This document shows positions 22,486-37,201 of a stretch of 64,000 nt of DNA, piece by piece (position 1 is the first letter of the stretch; every line of letters begins with the position of its first letter). Source of the stretch: Phoronis australis (lineage: Eukaryota; Animalia; Phoronida); NCBI GenBank assembly GCA_002633005.1, contig NMRA01000653.1, positions 1 through 64,000 of the forward strand, in the 5' to 3' direction. The position numbers were made by a program, and so were the translations under genes. The notes under the pieces are model-generated. The model saw only the letters and a program-made list of their open reading frames with translations, did not search any database and was not told the DNA's origin.

Positions 22486-25400
22486 TAGTCCAGTCATTCT
22501 ACGGATAACCCGGAAAATTGCAACAGAAGGTTTTATTGCATAAATCGTATCCTTTCACACCACTTAGTGGGAAAAAAGTCTACCGGAATCGGAGTGGCGG
22601 AAGTTGGTTTTTCAAGATGGCGGACAAAATGGCCGCCAGATTTTCTGGTGCTCAATATAACTCAAGAGTGGAATGTGATAGAGTAAAAATTCAAAAAAGG
22701 TTTACTTATGTTTTGTGGGTAAACAAATGCATTGGAAATGGTTTTGCCTGGCTGTGGTGACACCGTTAGCCATTTTCCAAGATGGCCGCCAAATCTTCTT
22801 GAGTCACACAACTTCGCACGAACAGATTAGTGTGTCGTCTAGCTTCAAACGTCGCAATATAGGTTTTCTGGGTCGTCTAATCCATTGAGACACATTGAAT
22901 TTGGCACTAATGATTACTTCCATTTCCATGATGGCGGACAAAATGGCCGCCAGATTTGAAGATGATCATTATAAATCGAGAGTGGAATGTGATAGAGTAA
23001 GAATTCAAAAAGGTTTACCTATCTTTTGTGGGTCAACAAATTCATTGGAAACGTTTTTCATGGCTGTTGTGACACCATCAGCCATTTTCCAAGATGGCCT
23101 CCATAACTATTTCTAATCGCTTAACTTCGCACAAACAGATTAGTGCGTCTTGCTTCAAACATTGTATCATAGGTTTTCTGGGTCGACTAATCCTTTCAAA
23201 CTCATTGCGTTTAGGCTCTAATGATTACTTCCACCATTTTCTAAGATGGCCACCATATAAATTGCGTCGTGTGAGAACTTCAGATTCCAGAGACACGCCA
23301 TATCCTGAGTTTTTTTTTTTAGGTCAGCATGTCCATTACAATAAGTTTTGTCTGGCTCTTGATGATTACTACTACCATTTTCAAGATGGTTTAACGAATA
23401 ACTTATTTGGGTCAAAAACATCAGGTTTGCCTGGACTGAAGGATCATTCTCCTCCTGAAATAAATGTGCAGTATTGAAAATAACTCTCTGCAATTAATTC
23501 AGTGATCTACTATCCACACTGTCTATGTCACTTACAATTAGTTGTAAATGCTAGTGAATCTATACATAATGAACCAGTATTTACACAACTAATCTCTGTC
23601 AACTGAGAATGAATTGATGCAGCTAAAACCCCGGCATTCTCCACATGCAACCGAGTACGGCAATCCTAACTTCTTGCAAGTACATCTCTTGGAACTGCAG
23701 TTGGTCTTACACGAACATCTCACTACTTTCACCAGGTTCTCTGGTGCTGCTGACTGGTACGTCGTCGTGGGAATGAATTTTGCACCTGCCAGCATCCATC
23801 CCCAATACAGCGAGTCTAGGCCACTGCCACGGAAACTTGACCGCTCTTGCTCTTGATAATATGTCCCGGCAGCATGGAATTTAGCTACTGAAGAAAGTTG
23901 GACTGTGGCTAGTCTGACACCTCATCCACAAGTCGCCTGTATCGCAAGTCATCCAAATTTCCAGAGCCAGTACCACCATCAAGCACTGATACAACTCTTA
24001 TCAGCTTCAAATATGTCTTGCTTCAGCTGCATGTGTCTAGTGAACAATCTTACTAGAGTTTTTGCAGAATTCTCGATCACGCAGTTTCTTGAATGGGAGA
24101 GCCTTTGCTAATACCGAACAGCTGTAATGTTGTGTTGCAACCACCTATTGCATGCGCAAATGGCAAAACTGCGCAAGTTTTGGCACCAAGATACAACTGT
24201 AGTTCCTTGATTACCCAGACTCTCCTTTTGCTTTGGTGCCTCTTGTCAAATTTCATGAACATTGGAATTTCTTCTGAAGTAGCATGGTAACGCAAAAGAA
24301 CCAAGTCTGTATCGTCTGCAATAAGTGTAGTTGGACCTTGTGCTGCGTTCTCTACTGCTGTTTCTACAATTAAAACCTCTGCATCACTTTGAGCTTGTAC
24401 CACTGTGCAACCAGCATTTCCTAGCAAACTTGACAAGAAGTGAATGAATCGTTGTTTGTTTTTGCTCTTTGCCAAAAATGACCTTTTTTACTTGATCACC
24501 ATGTCACCATTGAAGTGAACTTCATTTCCAACCACCCCACCCAGTCTTAGAATATGAGAGACATCTTTAGTTGATGGTCCATCTCAGTAACCATCAAAAA
24601 CAACAGTAGGCTGGGTGCACTTGCTGATGTAATCCACATAAGCTTTACCAAATGACTGAAACATTGCACCTCCAGCCCATGGAATACGGTGAAGGAGAGA
24701 ACAGCCGTCGATTACATGCATCACCGTGTTTTCTGGAAATTGAAATCCTCAGGTAATCCCCCACTGGACCAGATTGCATCAGCTCATATTGATTTATTAG
24801 CGATTTTGGGAAGACCAGATGTATCAACTAGAGCAGGGGAACCAACACACAGCTCAAACTTCAAAAGGCTTGATGAACTTTCACTGCTGTCTTTTGCAGC
24901 TGTCAGGATTTGCTGAAATAGCAGTCATGGATCCACTTTTAGCAGCATGAACTGATTGACTTGACATTGCCACAACCTTGTCTTTCTTTCTGAATGTGAA
25001 GTCTTTCACACTTGACCCCCCATAGACAAGCGAACCGCCTTCCCCACTTCTCTTGCATTTTCGGCACTGACGCATGTGCCTGCAGTCACACCAGTGGCGA
25101 TGTTCTGTAATGTTTCTCTTTAAAATGGATTACTGTTCTGAAGGAATTCAACAGGGCTGCGGATGTCTTTGTCGTCACGCGACTGTCTTGCATGGGTACA
25201 TTCTTTATGCTGTTGACTTGTTTCACAACTCAAGTTTGTCACAGTCTGCATGGCACCATTTATACTTGAGCATGCCGGCAAGGAAAGCAGCCACTGTGCA
25301 CTCTGTGTATCTCCCATTTCGCAACCTCTAGTTAAACCTCCTGTTGTTTTAATACTTTTCATGAGCGTTTGTTCAATTACAAGATCATATCTCATTATGA

Positions 25401-27614
25401 CAAGCCTGCCCAGAATCTGTCACTTTGTCTTATGGTGTGTTGGCCGTAGACGTCTGGACAGGTGTCTTCGAGTTGCTACGTCTGCTGCAAGTATATGTAT
25501 GAAGATTTTGCATAAGAGTTGTGACCAGCAGCTACAAAGTAAGGCAGCACTTCAGAAACTGCTTTTAAGTGATGCTCCCAATCTGACTTTATTTCTGCTT
25601 TTAAAAATGTCGAAGGATGTCAATCATCTTCATATACTGTAGCCAAAGACTAATGATTCGACTTTGCAAGGACAAGTCTGATTTATGTGCTTCAATTTTT
25701 ATGGATACCCACAAGACACTCCGACGAGCATACATCATCGCACATGCAGACGTCATGTCAGCAATAAGATCGTCATACTGCTTCAGACCAGCTCTCAAAT
25801 CTTCATGAAGAATATCATTGGCCATTGATTCTTCTAATGAACTATTCTCTGTCTCTGCGAATTCTGAAGACCTATACTCTGATTCAGTCGTGTTTGAATA
25901 TACCAATGGCAGTAGGTTGGAAGCCAAAAGTGAACTCTCGTGAGGGCTTTCCACTGTAATCCAAGGTTCAGAATCGGAAGACACTGGCTAGGCATGGCAT
26001 GCCCCAGAGTATACATCTATTTATGTGATCAGTTGGGATGTCTGGGATGTCTGAAGCATCTGTCTCCATATTTTGACGAGCCAAAATTTGTGTACAAGCA
26101 TTGAACTGCTCTACCTCTTGGCATGGAATCTGTGTGTTCTGTGTTGGTGACGTTTCGGACTCCTGGAATTTCTGAAGAACCTGAATTTCTTTCTTCATTG
26201 GTTTTGGATTGGCGTTACTTGATCTGTCAATGTTTGGACGTGGGATGTTGAATGTTCCGGCTTTTATGATACATGTAGCATTCAGTGCTGAGTCTACTAG
26301 CATATGCCCCCTCACTGCTCTATCCACAATTTTTCCATTTAACATAAGGATCACACTGTTTAATGCATGCACCGTCTCAAGAACTTCTTGAAGCCCTGTG
26401 CCTGACATTACATATCCAATACATCCCAGAAAGCTCATCTCAGTATGAAATCTTAAAAGCCTGGCTAAAAACAAGTGACTGCGGATCACTGTGACAGTCG
26501 TTTTGTTTGCTGGCACTAATTTCCTCTAAAATCAGTTACCTATGTTCATAAAAAACATGCACGTTAAAGTGAGTCATAACTGTTAAATTTTAATTAATAA
26601 CTTTTTGTTACACAATCGTATTTGCTTTTCATCAAATTCAAGGGGAATCAGCAGCCAAATTCTCAATACATGCCAGCACCAGATGAAATCGATGCTTGGG
26701 AACAACTAATAATATCTCCAATAGCAGAGAAGAAAGCCACTTCCTGCCCAATTTTAGTAAGGGTTTGTGTAATGAATAAGCCAATAAATCCACCAGAATA
26801 ACATATTTTTCTAACAAATATTATTTTTGATACCTCAAATGAATATATTTTACAGAAAAATATTTGAGTTTGTGAAAGTTATTATGAAAATTTAACTAAA
26901 GCCTTTTCTGAAAAACACACCAACTTTTATGTTATATAATATAAAATGTGATTAAAATTCCACATTTAGCATCTAAATCTTAAAAACAAATTATAAAAAC
27001 AATCAACTCATTAACCCTAACTGTAGATTGTAAAATTTTTTTGTGTAAATGCATATCAGGTTACAGACAAAGTCTGCAGAACGTAAATGCGGTAAATTGG
27101 GGTTTGTGAATTGGTAGCCATTTTGGCGGACATTTTGTCAGCCATATTGATTTTTTTCTCGCAAACCAGTGACCAATTGTAAGGTCCAGATATTTTCAAT
27201 TGTCTAACTTACAAAAGAATAAAACTTTTGCCATTTTCAGGGCAAATGTAAAAAGAAATCTTGCAACATGTACTAAATTGCCGATTCGGCCGCCATTTTG
27301 TCGGCCATATTGGTTTTATTTTAAGGAAAATTGGCATGTTTTGATTGGTAATCTTGTTATAAAAAGTATGTAATCAATGACAAACTTTATTGTTTTATTT
27401 TTAGCTGTTACATAAGAGTAATATGCCAGAAAACAGTAAACACCGGTTTTGTCGGCCATTTTGACCGCCATGTTGAAAAACCGACTTCCGCCACTCCGAT
27501 TTCGGTAGATTTTTTTTCTGACACCAAGGGATGTTCGAAGATGCCATTTATGCAAAAAAACTGTTGCAATTTTTTCTAGGTTGGGCCCTCTGGACCCCTA
27601 GAATGACTGGACTA
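22486..27614 (-). mobile_element. Academ (AcademX-type) DNA transposon, internally deleted and degenerate, ~5.1 kb
   Basis: Termini 5'-TAGTCCAGTCATTCTA...TAGAATGACTGGACTA-3' with ~150-bp imperfect TIRs and a 3-bp TSD GTA (22483-22485, 27615-27617). Minus-strand fragments: FHTEMSFLGCIG..MSGTGL (transposase), DLVIEQTLMKSIKTTGGLTRG, XPG/FEN1-type nuclease motifs DAEVLIV / DDTDL / HAIGGCNTT..LFGISK, and a Cys-rich end CSCKTNCSSKRCTCKK..ACGECRG..C. TAG..CTA ends, a 3-bp TSD and XPG plus Cys8 finger are the established AcademX hallmarks. Confidence 0.85.
23589..26460 (-). pseudogene. Fragmented Academ transposase / XPG nuclease / Cys-rich finger ORF
   Basis: ORFs 25968-26516, 25601-25984, 25120-25395, 24881-25075, 24077-24475 and 23589-23795 are successive pieces of one protein broken by stops and frameshifts. 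The N-terminal part is missing. Confidence 0.8.
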
Positions 27615-30485
27615 GTAACTAACCAACCACATCGCAGCATTCTCGACACATCTTCGTCTGCGTTTCTAAACCACCATTTTACCCGACAAACAATGTCGTT
27701 GTCGGTAAAGCTTATTTTAGTCTATAGCTAAAAAATTGTGAGATTGGAATAGCGAAACGGTATTGATATGGCGTGTGTAGATCTGACAGCCGTTATACGT
27801 CTCGCTAAGAATTTCCCGTCATTTTTTGGGCATTCCCTGAGTCGAAAAGTATTGTCGACTGTGTAAACGATGGATTAAACTGTGTGGATGACCAGACCGC
27901 ACACGGGCAGCTAAACTTAACAATGTTGCTGGATTGCTCAAAGGTTAATCACAAATATACTAGTTCCAAGATACGTACTTTTCAGCTTGGAGGCTATACT
28001 GTTGACCTAACTGATTTTGACTCCGGAGTTTCACTCTGTCTCGGCTTCTGCTGGATCCCAGCACTAGTCTAGCGGTAGTCCCCGGAAAGTTGCTTTTAAG
28101 GACATTTTTATTATTTTCCTTTATTTCCACCTACATTAGACATCGTTCTGTTTCCTAGCAAAGGTACATTTTTGTTATTCGTATACCTGTAAGCGGGCGT
28201 TCTCACCACAATTGATAGATTCGATCGCACATATGCTGGGAGGGCGCTAAATTACTGAACCCAAAGCTTTTTTCGAGCTGCTGTCACGAAAAAATGAACA
28301 GTTGAGTAACTTTTTGATGAGAATTTCTAGTATACACTGCGCCTGTAGAGTTAAGGAGAGCTCATTTTGTAATTGCTCAAACGCGATACGTGGATTTATG
28401 AAGCTTTAAAAATATTTTAGTTACTTTTGTCAATGACCACGTTTTGCCACTACACCAGACTCGTCATCTTTTGTTACCATAGCACAGCTTAGTGACCATG
28501 CCAAGTTTAAAATTAAATGCAAACTATCTTGAACTTAAATGTCTTTATGGTCCACTAAATTACGGCCAATTCCATGCGTAAATTTGACTTTTGCACACAG
28601 CCCTAGACCAACCAGAACTAACTGCTCAGTTGCCTAGGATAAGATGAGTATGTGCCTGAGCCACCGACCTGATTTTTTAATCAAAATATTTCGCTCGAAG
28701 ATCAGAAAAGTATAAACAATGCTATCGACTAGACCTACTTTACTTGGAGAACACAATCAGTTGTGACCTACTTTTCTTTTGGCGGAATTTAGCAGACGGC
28801 AGGATAAAAAAATTGGCGGATCTTCACTGATTTTGCTCGAAATATCCTGAAATCTATGCCATCGTACAGATAATTCGACTTTAAGGTAAATACCCAGCAT
28901 TACATGGACATATCGGATCTGTGGTCTTGTCAATTTTCACACGGGGTTCTTCAGATATTTGCTGGCTCAGAGATACTTTCCTTGAACAGTTTTTTCTATC
29001 GTCGCAGCTTTACAAAATCCCAAGTCATGAACGTGTGATTCTCAAATGAAAAATACTGCCTTGTTATCTTTGTCAAAACGTTTTCGGAAAGTGCACCCAT
29101 CAATTACAACAAGAACGTAGTTTATCGACTGTGTATTTGCCTCTGACATCTTGCTTTTTTGTCGGGTGTCACGTGACTTTTCGCAAGGAGGCTGAGCTTA
29201 CAATAGGTCAATTGTATTGAAGAGCCACGAGATTGTTTTGGAGTTTTGAAAAAGCCAGCCACGTTTCTTTTCCGTTTGTATGAGTTACTTGCACTAGGTG
29301 CGTTTTACTTTAACGCCCTACCGTAGCCAGAGAAAGTCAAAGTGTAAAACGCAACCAGTCAGCATTCTGTCATTGCCTCGCCTGCTTCCCAGTATTGGGG
29401 GGTATTTGTTAGCCAAAGGTTTTCGAAAAAATGTGGACTAAAGTGTTTTGAAACATACAGAGATTTGATTGCTATCCATAGTATAAGTGTTATGCAGCCG
29501 ACGTTTCACGATTACGACTGAACACTGCCAGTAATTCATTGTAGGTTTGTGTCATTTGACAGTAGGCAATACTGTTCATATCGATATGTGTGTGTCTCGC
29601 ATAAATTTCGCAGAAGTATTTTGACGCATTGTGGTTTTCAAATTGGCTCACTATCGGCTTGAAGACGTTCATGTATATGTCAACCCACCAATACCCACGT
29701 TTTTCTAAATTGACCCCAGTTTATTTTGAAAGCATGGCGAGATTGCGGTTCCGCATACATAATCTTGTATAAACAATTCTTTTCAGTGTGTAACGTTTTG
29801 CATTTCATACGGCTGTCTATATCTGCTATTAAATTGATAAATTATTACTTGTGGAATGCATGTGGTCGGTTCATTTGCAGTCGGATAATGACGTAAAACA
29901 TCACTTTGTCACGCGCCTGTTATCTTTTCTATCATTCAGCTTCGTGCTAACATCTACCAGAACTGGAGTGCTTTCTGTTTACGTACTTCCTTTTAAAAAA
30001 GCTCTGAACACCTAATGAAAAGCGAAATGTGTGGCAGCGGCCTGTCTGGCCTTAGCAAAATGGCGACCACCGAAGTACTTGGTCGGTGAGGTAGAACATT
30101 TGAGTTGTGGGATTAACCGTTTTCGTTTCGTAAGCGCTGATTTTTGGCGAAAGTGCAATCTGTTGTCTCACGGTCTACTGAATTCTGGAATGTTACGTGT
30201 TCTCTTTTGTCTGATTTGTAAAACAATTAATGTACCATCGATTTAAGAGCGGTTACATCTACGACTTTCTGGTACCTTAGACAGTCCTCCACCAAATTGG
30301 CTTAAACCTGTGGAGTGAACATTAAAAAGATCAACAAACGAGGAGTTTAGGAGACATATATTTCATCGACAGTGTGGTCACTCCCGAAACGATCTTTTAC
30401 AATATATTCCAAACATTTTCAAACTGACATGGCAAAATTGAACAACTGTTGAAGAACAGGTTATAAGTAATGTCAAACATTTCAG

Positions 30486-33400
30486 TTACTGATCTGCCTT
30501 CTTTAGTACATCTCCGTGTCCATCCCAGCATTTTTTCGAGCCATCGCACAACACCACAACGTACCCTTTCCTTCTATTGTAAGCAAGTGTTAGGGAGTGA
30601 GCATGCCCGTTGTCGATGGTCGTCGTAACAGTTACTCGCTTTCTCGCCCTCAAATCTTTGATGTCGTCAGGTGACAAAGACAACAGATGCGAATGCTCAC
30701 CAGGAGGATCTCTCACAGTCACAGGAAGCTCATAAGTTAGCGAATCCTAGCGGGAAGAAAAATGTGCCGAAATGTGATACTTGGTGTAATCTTTTGCAAT
30801 GGTTATATTGTCGCGGTACCGGGGTTACTGAAACTTAAACGCCTAGTAGGTTTTCTTTTCCAAGCAAAAGTCTTCAAAATCATATAAGCCCTCCAGAATA
30901 TACAGCCTAGTAACTTATCCTAACTAATCCGATAAGATCAAAGGTTTAAAAAGTGTCTGGATACTGTCTAACAAACCATGCATTTTCAGTGGCTGCTTCT
31001 TATCGCCAGTCGACACTCCTGCCTCTAGCCCAAAGGTGGGACAGGTACTTTCCCTTGACATAAGGTAAATAAACACCAGTAGAGACCAACCAAACTTCAG
31101 TAAACATGTTCAATGTACTGATATAATTCATGATTTAAAAGAAGTTCATTCTTTCACAACAAGACATCTGTGTTTTCCCATGACCTCAGTGAGATATATG
31201 GAAGCCGCTACTTTAGTTGTTTTGTCACTTGTAATACGCAAGTCACAGTTATATAGTTTGTCTTTTTTCTTACGTCAGTTCCATTAAACTTCTGCCCGGA
31301 TGTGAAAGTAGGCGCTTTATAAAGCATATGGCCGTAGCGAGAAAGATCCATGACAACGTCCTTCAAAGCGTCAATTTCCTTCCATATAGCACTGCCTGAA
31401 AGAAACATCAATGGCAAACGATTTCAGTTTTGTGAGAAAAATCTGTCAGACGATATGTTAACCAACACTCATCGTGTCAGTTCCTAACTTTATATCAAGA
31501 CATGGTTTAAAAATTCAACCATGATACACCGTAAAACACTGTTAAAAAACAAAAATGTCTTTATCTCTTACAAAGATGTACTCTACATGAATGCTAGTTG
31601 AACGTTGATTTCAAATAGAACAGTTGTCTGACGCATTTAGAGCCCAAAAACCTCTATACTTCAGGTGTGCATCATATCAATAAACTACACAGTTTGAACT
31701 TTTCTTACCTTCTGCGTACACCGGCATGATGGGATATCTTGTCCTCAGTGAACCCACGCCAGGAATGTTTGGTAACATAGCTCTTGTACCGGCGGCTCTG
31801 ACAGCTCGCAAGTTACCTTGGCGATCCAACACGCCATATGCGCCACCACGTGTTGTGTCGGCAGGATCTTTCAAAAGCTGCAAGAGTCGCACACACAGAT
31901 AGGATCGGATTTCACGTGGGGAGGAATTTATGTCTCGCATGTACATCTCAGTGGGATTTAGAAGGTAATAACAAGTTTACATGATCTCGGAGCCCCCAGA
32001 ATCAGCATTAACCTTTATCTGGCAACAGTATATGTTTCCACGATCTATATGATTTCCTGTCTGGTTTAAGAAGCCTAAGCTCTACACCAGTTACCACTTA
32101 TAAAGTAAACATGCAAAACAAAAGTTTTACCCATATCACCGAAAGGAAGTGACTTTGCGGCCAAGAGGAGGCCTCTCAAATGTGTTTGTGTTTGTGCATA
32201 GGGGAGGCGGCTTTTTGACCATTCCAGTATTTGATAACCAGCGAACGGTATTGAACCACATTCCCTCTATTACCTCTTTACCGCTGTAGAACTCGTCTGG
32301 GGTGATGATGTGCAGTTTACTGTGAGTTCCGTTGTAGGCAAGTTCGGGCTTCAACTCCCCATTACGTCTACCGCCTTTGCTCGTCGGACCACCAGCATAC
32401 ACGGTCTCGATGGTCTTAGACTTTTTGTTGTAGACTCCCTTGAAGTAGTATACCAACATTCAATTTTAACTAATATATCAGCTTGTCTTAGGAGGAAACC
32501 CGATCTTCAAATCTAACTTTTATACACTACTAATCGTTTATGATTAATCTGTTTCGAATTCCTGTCCTTTAGAGGGAGGTACAGACGACGTTTCAGATGG
32601 TCATTCATCAACACAAATGTCTTCTGTGCATAGAACAGATCTCTTAAGAGATTGGGCCTACTTACAAAGAACTTTTGAATAAGAAAGTCCAGTCGTTTAA
32701 TGGTATAAAATGCGAATCGAACGACAACGATACATAACCACTGCTGGGAAGGTGTTGAGTGTGAGAACTACTCAAAAGAGGCAAGTGACAAAAGGTAATC
32801 TACGAGCTTGACATCCAGATTTGTTTCGATTTTTTCAGTTCTTCATGTACTTTAGCTTTAACTCTAGAAAAGAGTATTTGGTTCTCAAGTTGTACCCAAG
32901 CGCCACATGGCAACTCCACGGATAATGTTTCACGTTGATACTAAGACTCTTGAACAAGAACTCGATTTTTTAAATTATAGGGGGTATATCGCCGCTGTTT
33001 TGCTGTCAGCGTTAAAATATCAACAGAAGAACTTTGTTGTCTAAAAACATTGCAGGGGCGGGCAGCAGAGCAGATTATTAACCAGGATTTTGCCAGTCAG
33101 ACATTTGCACCCACGAACTGCCTAATGGTACATGAGATATCTTTACGGGACGGGGGCATGGCCACCTTGCCACTGCTTTGCAATGCATATGTATGATCAA
33201 CGTAAATAAGCAAAGTGTACAGTTATGTGTAACGAGTCGCCATCAAGAAAATTCCTACTATAATTGCAGTAACTCCCTGTCGAAATATAACAATATATAG
33301 CTACATATTAAATCATAGTCGGTTGTCTACATGTACCTTATATTCAAGATTGTATGGATTCCACTTGTAGAGCGGCGTCAAGTATATGATTTCCAACGGT

Positions 33401-36400
33401 ATGGCATAGGTCCAACGTTGAGAGATCTCTGTGCACTTGCCTCGCTTGCATTCTCTATACTTCATTGGCGCCACCTGCAAGGCAATGCTAACATTATCAC
33501 GAGAAACAGGGTTCGCATTTTTTTCACGTATTTGCTCTGACATGATCCTATGGGCTCATTAGAGAGCTTTACAAGCGGCGGGGAGGATTCATACCCGGGT
33601 AGGCTTGTATTGGATATAAGCCTACTATGGGATTATATGTCAGTGCACTGTTGTGATGTGTTCCTCATGATGACATATTTGCGCTAGCTCGTTCAATGAC
33701 AGGTTGCAAGCGAGAAATGAGGTTGGTCTGACCTAGAAAGCTAAGACGTAAAAACCCAACAGTTGGGTGAAGGTATGCACTCGAGGTTAGACGGTTGATA
33801 CCTACGAGGGTTCTGTAGGTCGCAGTATGCATTTTTCTTGGCAGCCACATATTTCTGACTTTATTGTCTGCCTATCTTCTAACCTGTGTGCATTTTATTG
33901 TGGGACACAGACGTAAGAACAAAGACAAACTGTAATTGAATAGCCTAACTGTACAAGTAGAATCCAGGGTCTTGAAGATTACGGTCCATTTGTCGGGTGG
34001 CGGGCCGGGAATCAATGGGCCTCTGCATAGCGTATTTTAGGACATACGGATCGTTGTACCAATAAATGGATTCGAATCTAAGAACTTTTCCCGCGCGTCC
34101 ACTTCAAGAGCACCCGTTCTCTATGGAATGTCTTTAACGTCAACTTGTAGCGACTATGATGGAATCACTCCGTCTACTCGAGACAATGTTTACTGGTGTC
34201 AGATGTCCAAAGAAACCCCCAGTATTTTAGACATCCATGTTTATTATCCTAAGGCTAAAACACATAAACACGTGTACTAATTGGTTAAATGTTAACGGCT
34301 CGTGAGGTTGACGCTTTCAGCGCGTGCACGGCTAGATGCCTGTAGCCGTCAAAACTACGTTCATTTGGAGTCGTTACGCACGCTGACGCTAAGGGCACTC
34401 CATAGTTGCAACCCTTGCGCTTACCTTCGGCTGAGTCGTCATTGCAGCCCACATGTTCATGTCGGCATACCCGCGCGAACGCGTCTTCAGTCCCATCGCT
34501 CCTTTCTTGTACGACTTAAAGTAGCGATGGTAGTAACCTTGGAGTGGAATAAATACATTTTACTTAGTTCCCTGGTAATACAACGTGAAACACAAGACTT
34601 AGATTGTATCCGGCTCCAACTAATGCAATAACGCGCTGGACGCTGAAACATCGTAACAATAGGTGGCACGTTTACATCGACACTATCTTAAACATGGCAA
34701 ATCAAATTTGGTTAATCGTAACGACTCTTCTAATTGACCATTTTCATTTCAAACAAATATTAGTTTTATAACAATGAAAAGCAGCTAATTGGAAACAATA
34801 CTCCCTACTGTCCCAAAGAAAATATTTTAACAAAGAAGGAATCATTCAGAGCACCTCTACCCCTGAAAAACAATGAAGTTTTGGCTATGAAAAGTGGTAG
34901 TGGTGGTGATGAATGCCACTGACAACGAGGCTATTGACGGCAGAAGTGGGAACGGTGATAAAATGATTGACAGCTTACCTGCGTTCACGGGCTGATCAGT
35001 TTTCAGATGATAAGCGGGGTCTCCCATGGCGTTATCAGTCAAGTTAGCACCAGCGTTGTCTTTGCCTGGTATCTGTTCCATGAGTGTGTCCATGAATCCA
35101 TATCTGTTGAAAAAGTCAGGCAATTACGGCACCAGCAAAATGAACAATGAATAGTCACGGCAAGGTTTACCAAGATTGCAAATAGGTGAAATTGCCTTTA
35201 GTGACTTTAGCTCCTAAGGAAACACATGGCTTCGACCACTGTTGTGCCCAATTTTCCACTCTCTGTTCATGACTATGGTTGCTCCTCCACTGTTCTCTAC
35301 CACTGTGCTGAGATTCACCTTAGCCTCTTTTCCAGTGTTCATTTTTCCACATAGGTGGCGCGGTGACACAGGAAAGACTCATCTCTTTGTTTTATTTTTT
35401 GTGGATTCCATTAAACTACTGATCTGTTGGCTGACCACTGTATCCTACGTTAGGCCGTAACTCACTGCAGTCAAGTGTCGTTAGTCAACGCAGGAATTCG
35501 GCGACACGCAACTGGGCAGCCATGTCTTAAAGTTGGTTGGCTTGAGTTTCGAGTATAATTAAATTTCAAATTAAACCGACTTTTGGTATGTTATACTTCT
35601 AAACTAATTATGATCTTTGATCCGGGTCATAAACATTAAGAAATCCTTGATCCGGATGCAAAAAATACCATATCCCATGTCCTTGCAGTCTGTAATAAAA
35701 TCTCGATTAGATTTTTCGGGGGATCCAAAGTATTCCAGCAAAATTAAACGATTTCGACACTGACAAAAAAAAGAAGTGACAACAAAACCCATGAAGACAA
35801 CGAAAACAGACCCAGTATGTTACTTAATTTGCAATCAAGCAGGGGTCCATGAAGACTGGTTCTGAGTCTAATTTTCATGTATTTTCTCCAGGTAACACTT
35901 GCATTGACATCACTTGCCTTTAATGCTGATTTACTAAAGGTACAGAGTAGGTTTGATAAGGCTGCAGGCCATGAACTGGTCATAGCTTATTTTTAGAAAA
36001 TGAACTCTCAACTCACTGCGATGAACCCTCCGAGTCCGTCCACGGCCTGTTGTTTGGGTTGAGCTGGAATCGCGCAGCACGTGAATTCTGATGGTTTGCC
36101 ATCGAGCTACCGAACGCCATGCGGGCACCGAGATCATTCACAACCCTGAATCTATTCAGAGGAATGTCGTCCTTAAGCGGTTGGCACAAGATGCGGTAGT
36201 TCCACTGGGCGTAAGATGGGACACCTTCATCGCTGACGTCCCATAATGTTGTGGGCAGGTAAGCAAGATTTTCATTGCCACTTTTTCGACCTTCAACGCA
36301 AATTAAAGAAATTCCAAAAGAATATTAACCAAAGAACTTTGTATTGCCGCCAAGCAACTGAGGGATAATGATGACATTGTTATTAGAAAGTGTGATAAGA

Positions 36401-37151
36401 CCACTGCGTATGTCACAATGAATGAGAAAGAGTACAAAGAGAAGCTGAATAATATCCTCGCTGACAAGTCAAAGTTTGAGAGTATAAATCGTAACACCGT
36501 AAACAGTCTTAAGAAAGAGCTAAACCGTTTCATTACACTAGCTAGTGTTGACAAAAAGTATTTCAAAATTGTTAAGGGTGATTTTTCAGAACGATACTTA
36601 TACGGTAACCATAAAACACATAAGCCAGGGTACCCTTTAAGTGCCATCCTTTCTCAAGTGTTAACCCCTACCTATGAAATTGCTAAAACATTAGATAAAC
36701 TTATTAAACAATACTTACCTTATAAGTACAATGTCAAATCTCGTGATGAATTTTTAGATTTGTTAAGATCTATTGACGCAACACTAAATTCCTATCCTGT
36801 ATATCTTGACGTTGCAAGTTTATTTACTAACGTCCATCTTGTCGAAACTGTACAAATTATAATATCTTCAATGTTTAGCCATGTATCAATGGCTCCCCCG
36901 TATTCCTACATTGCACTATAAAAGTGCCTTTTAGAAACATCGATGGCAAACTGTATTTACAAACCAATGATGTATCCATGGGATCACCCCTCGGACCATT
37001 TTTTGCTGATTTTTACATGTGCAACCTTGAAAGTAAGGTTATTGATAATCTTCAAGAAAAGCCGAGCATGTACTGCAGGTAAGTTGATGATATTTTTATG
37101 ATTTTCAACCATCATATGCTGATAGAGATCAAAATCGAACACACAGACACA

Positions 37152-37201
<50 letters not shown>

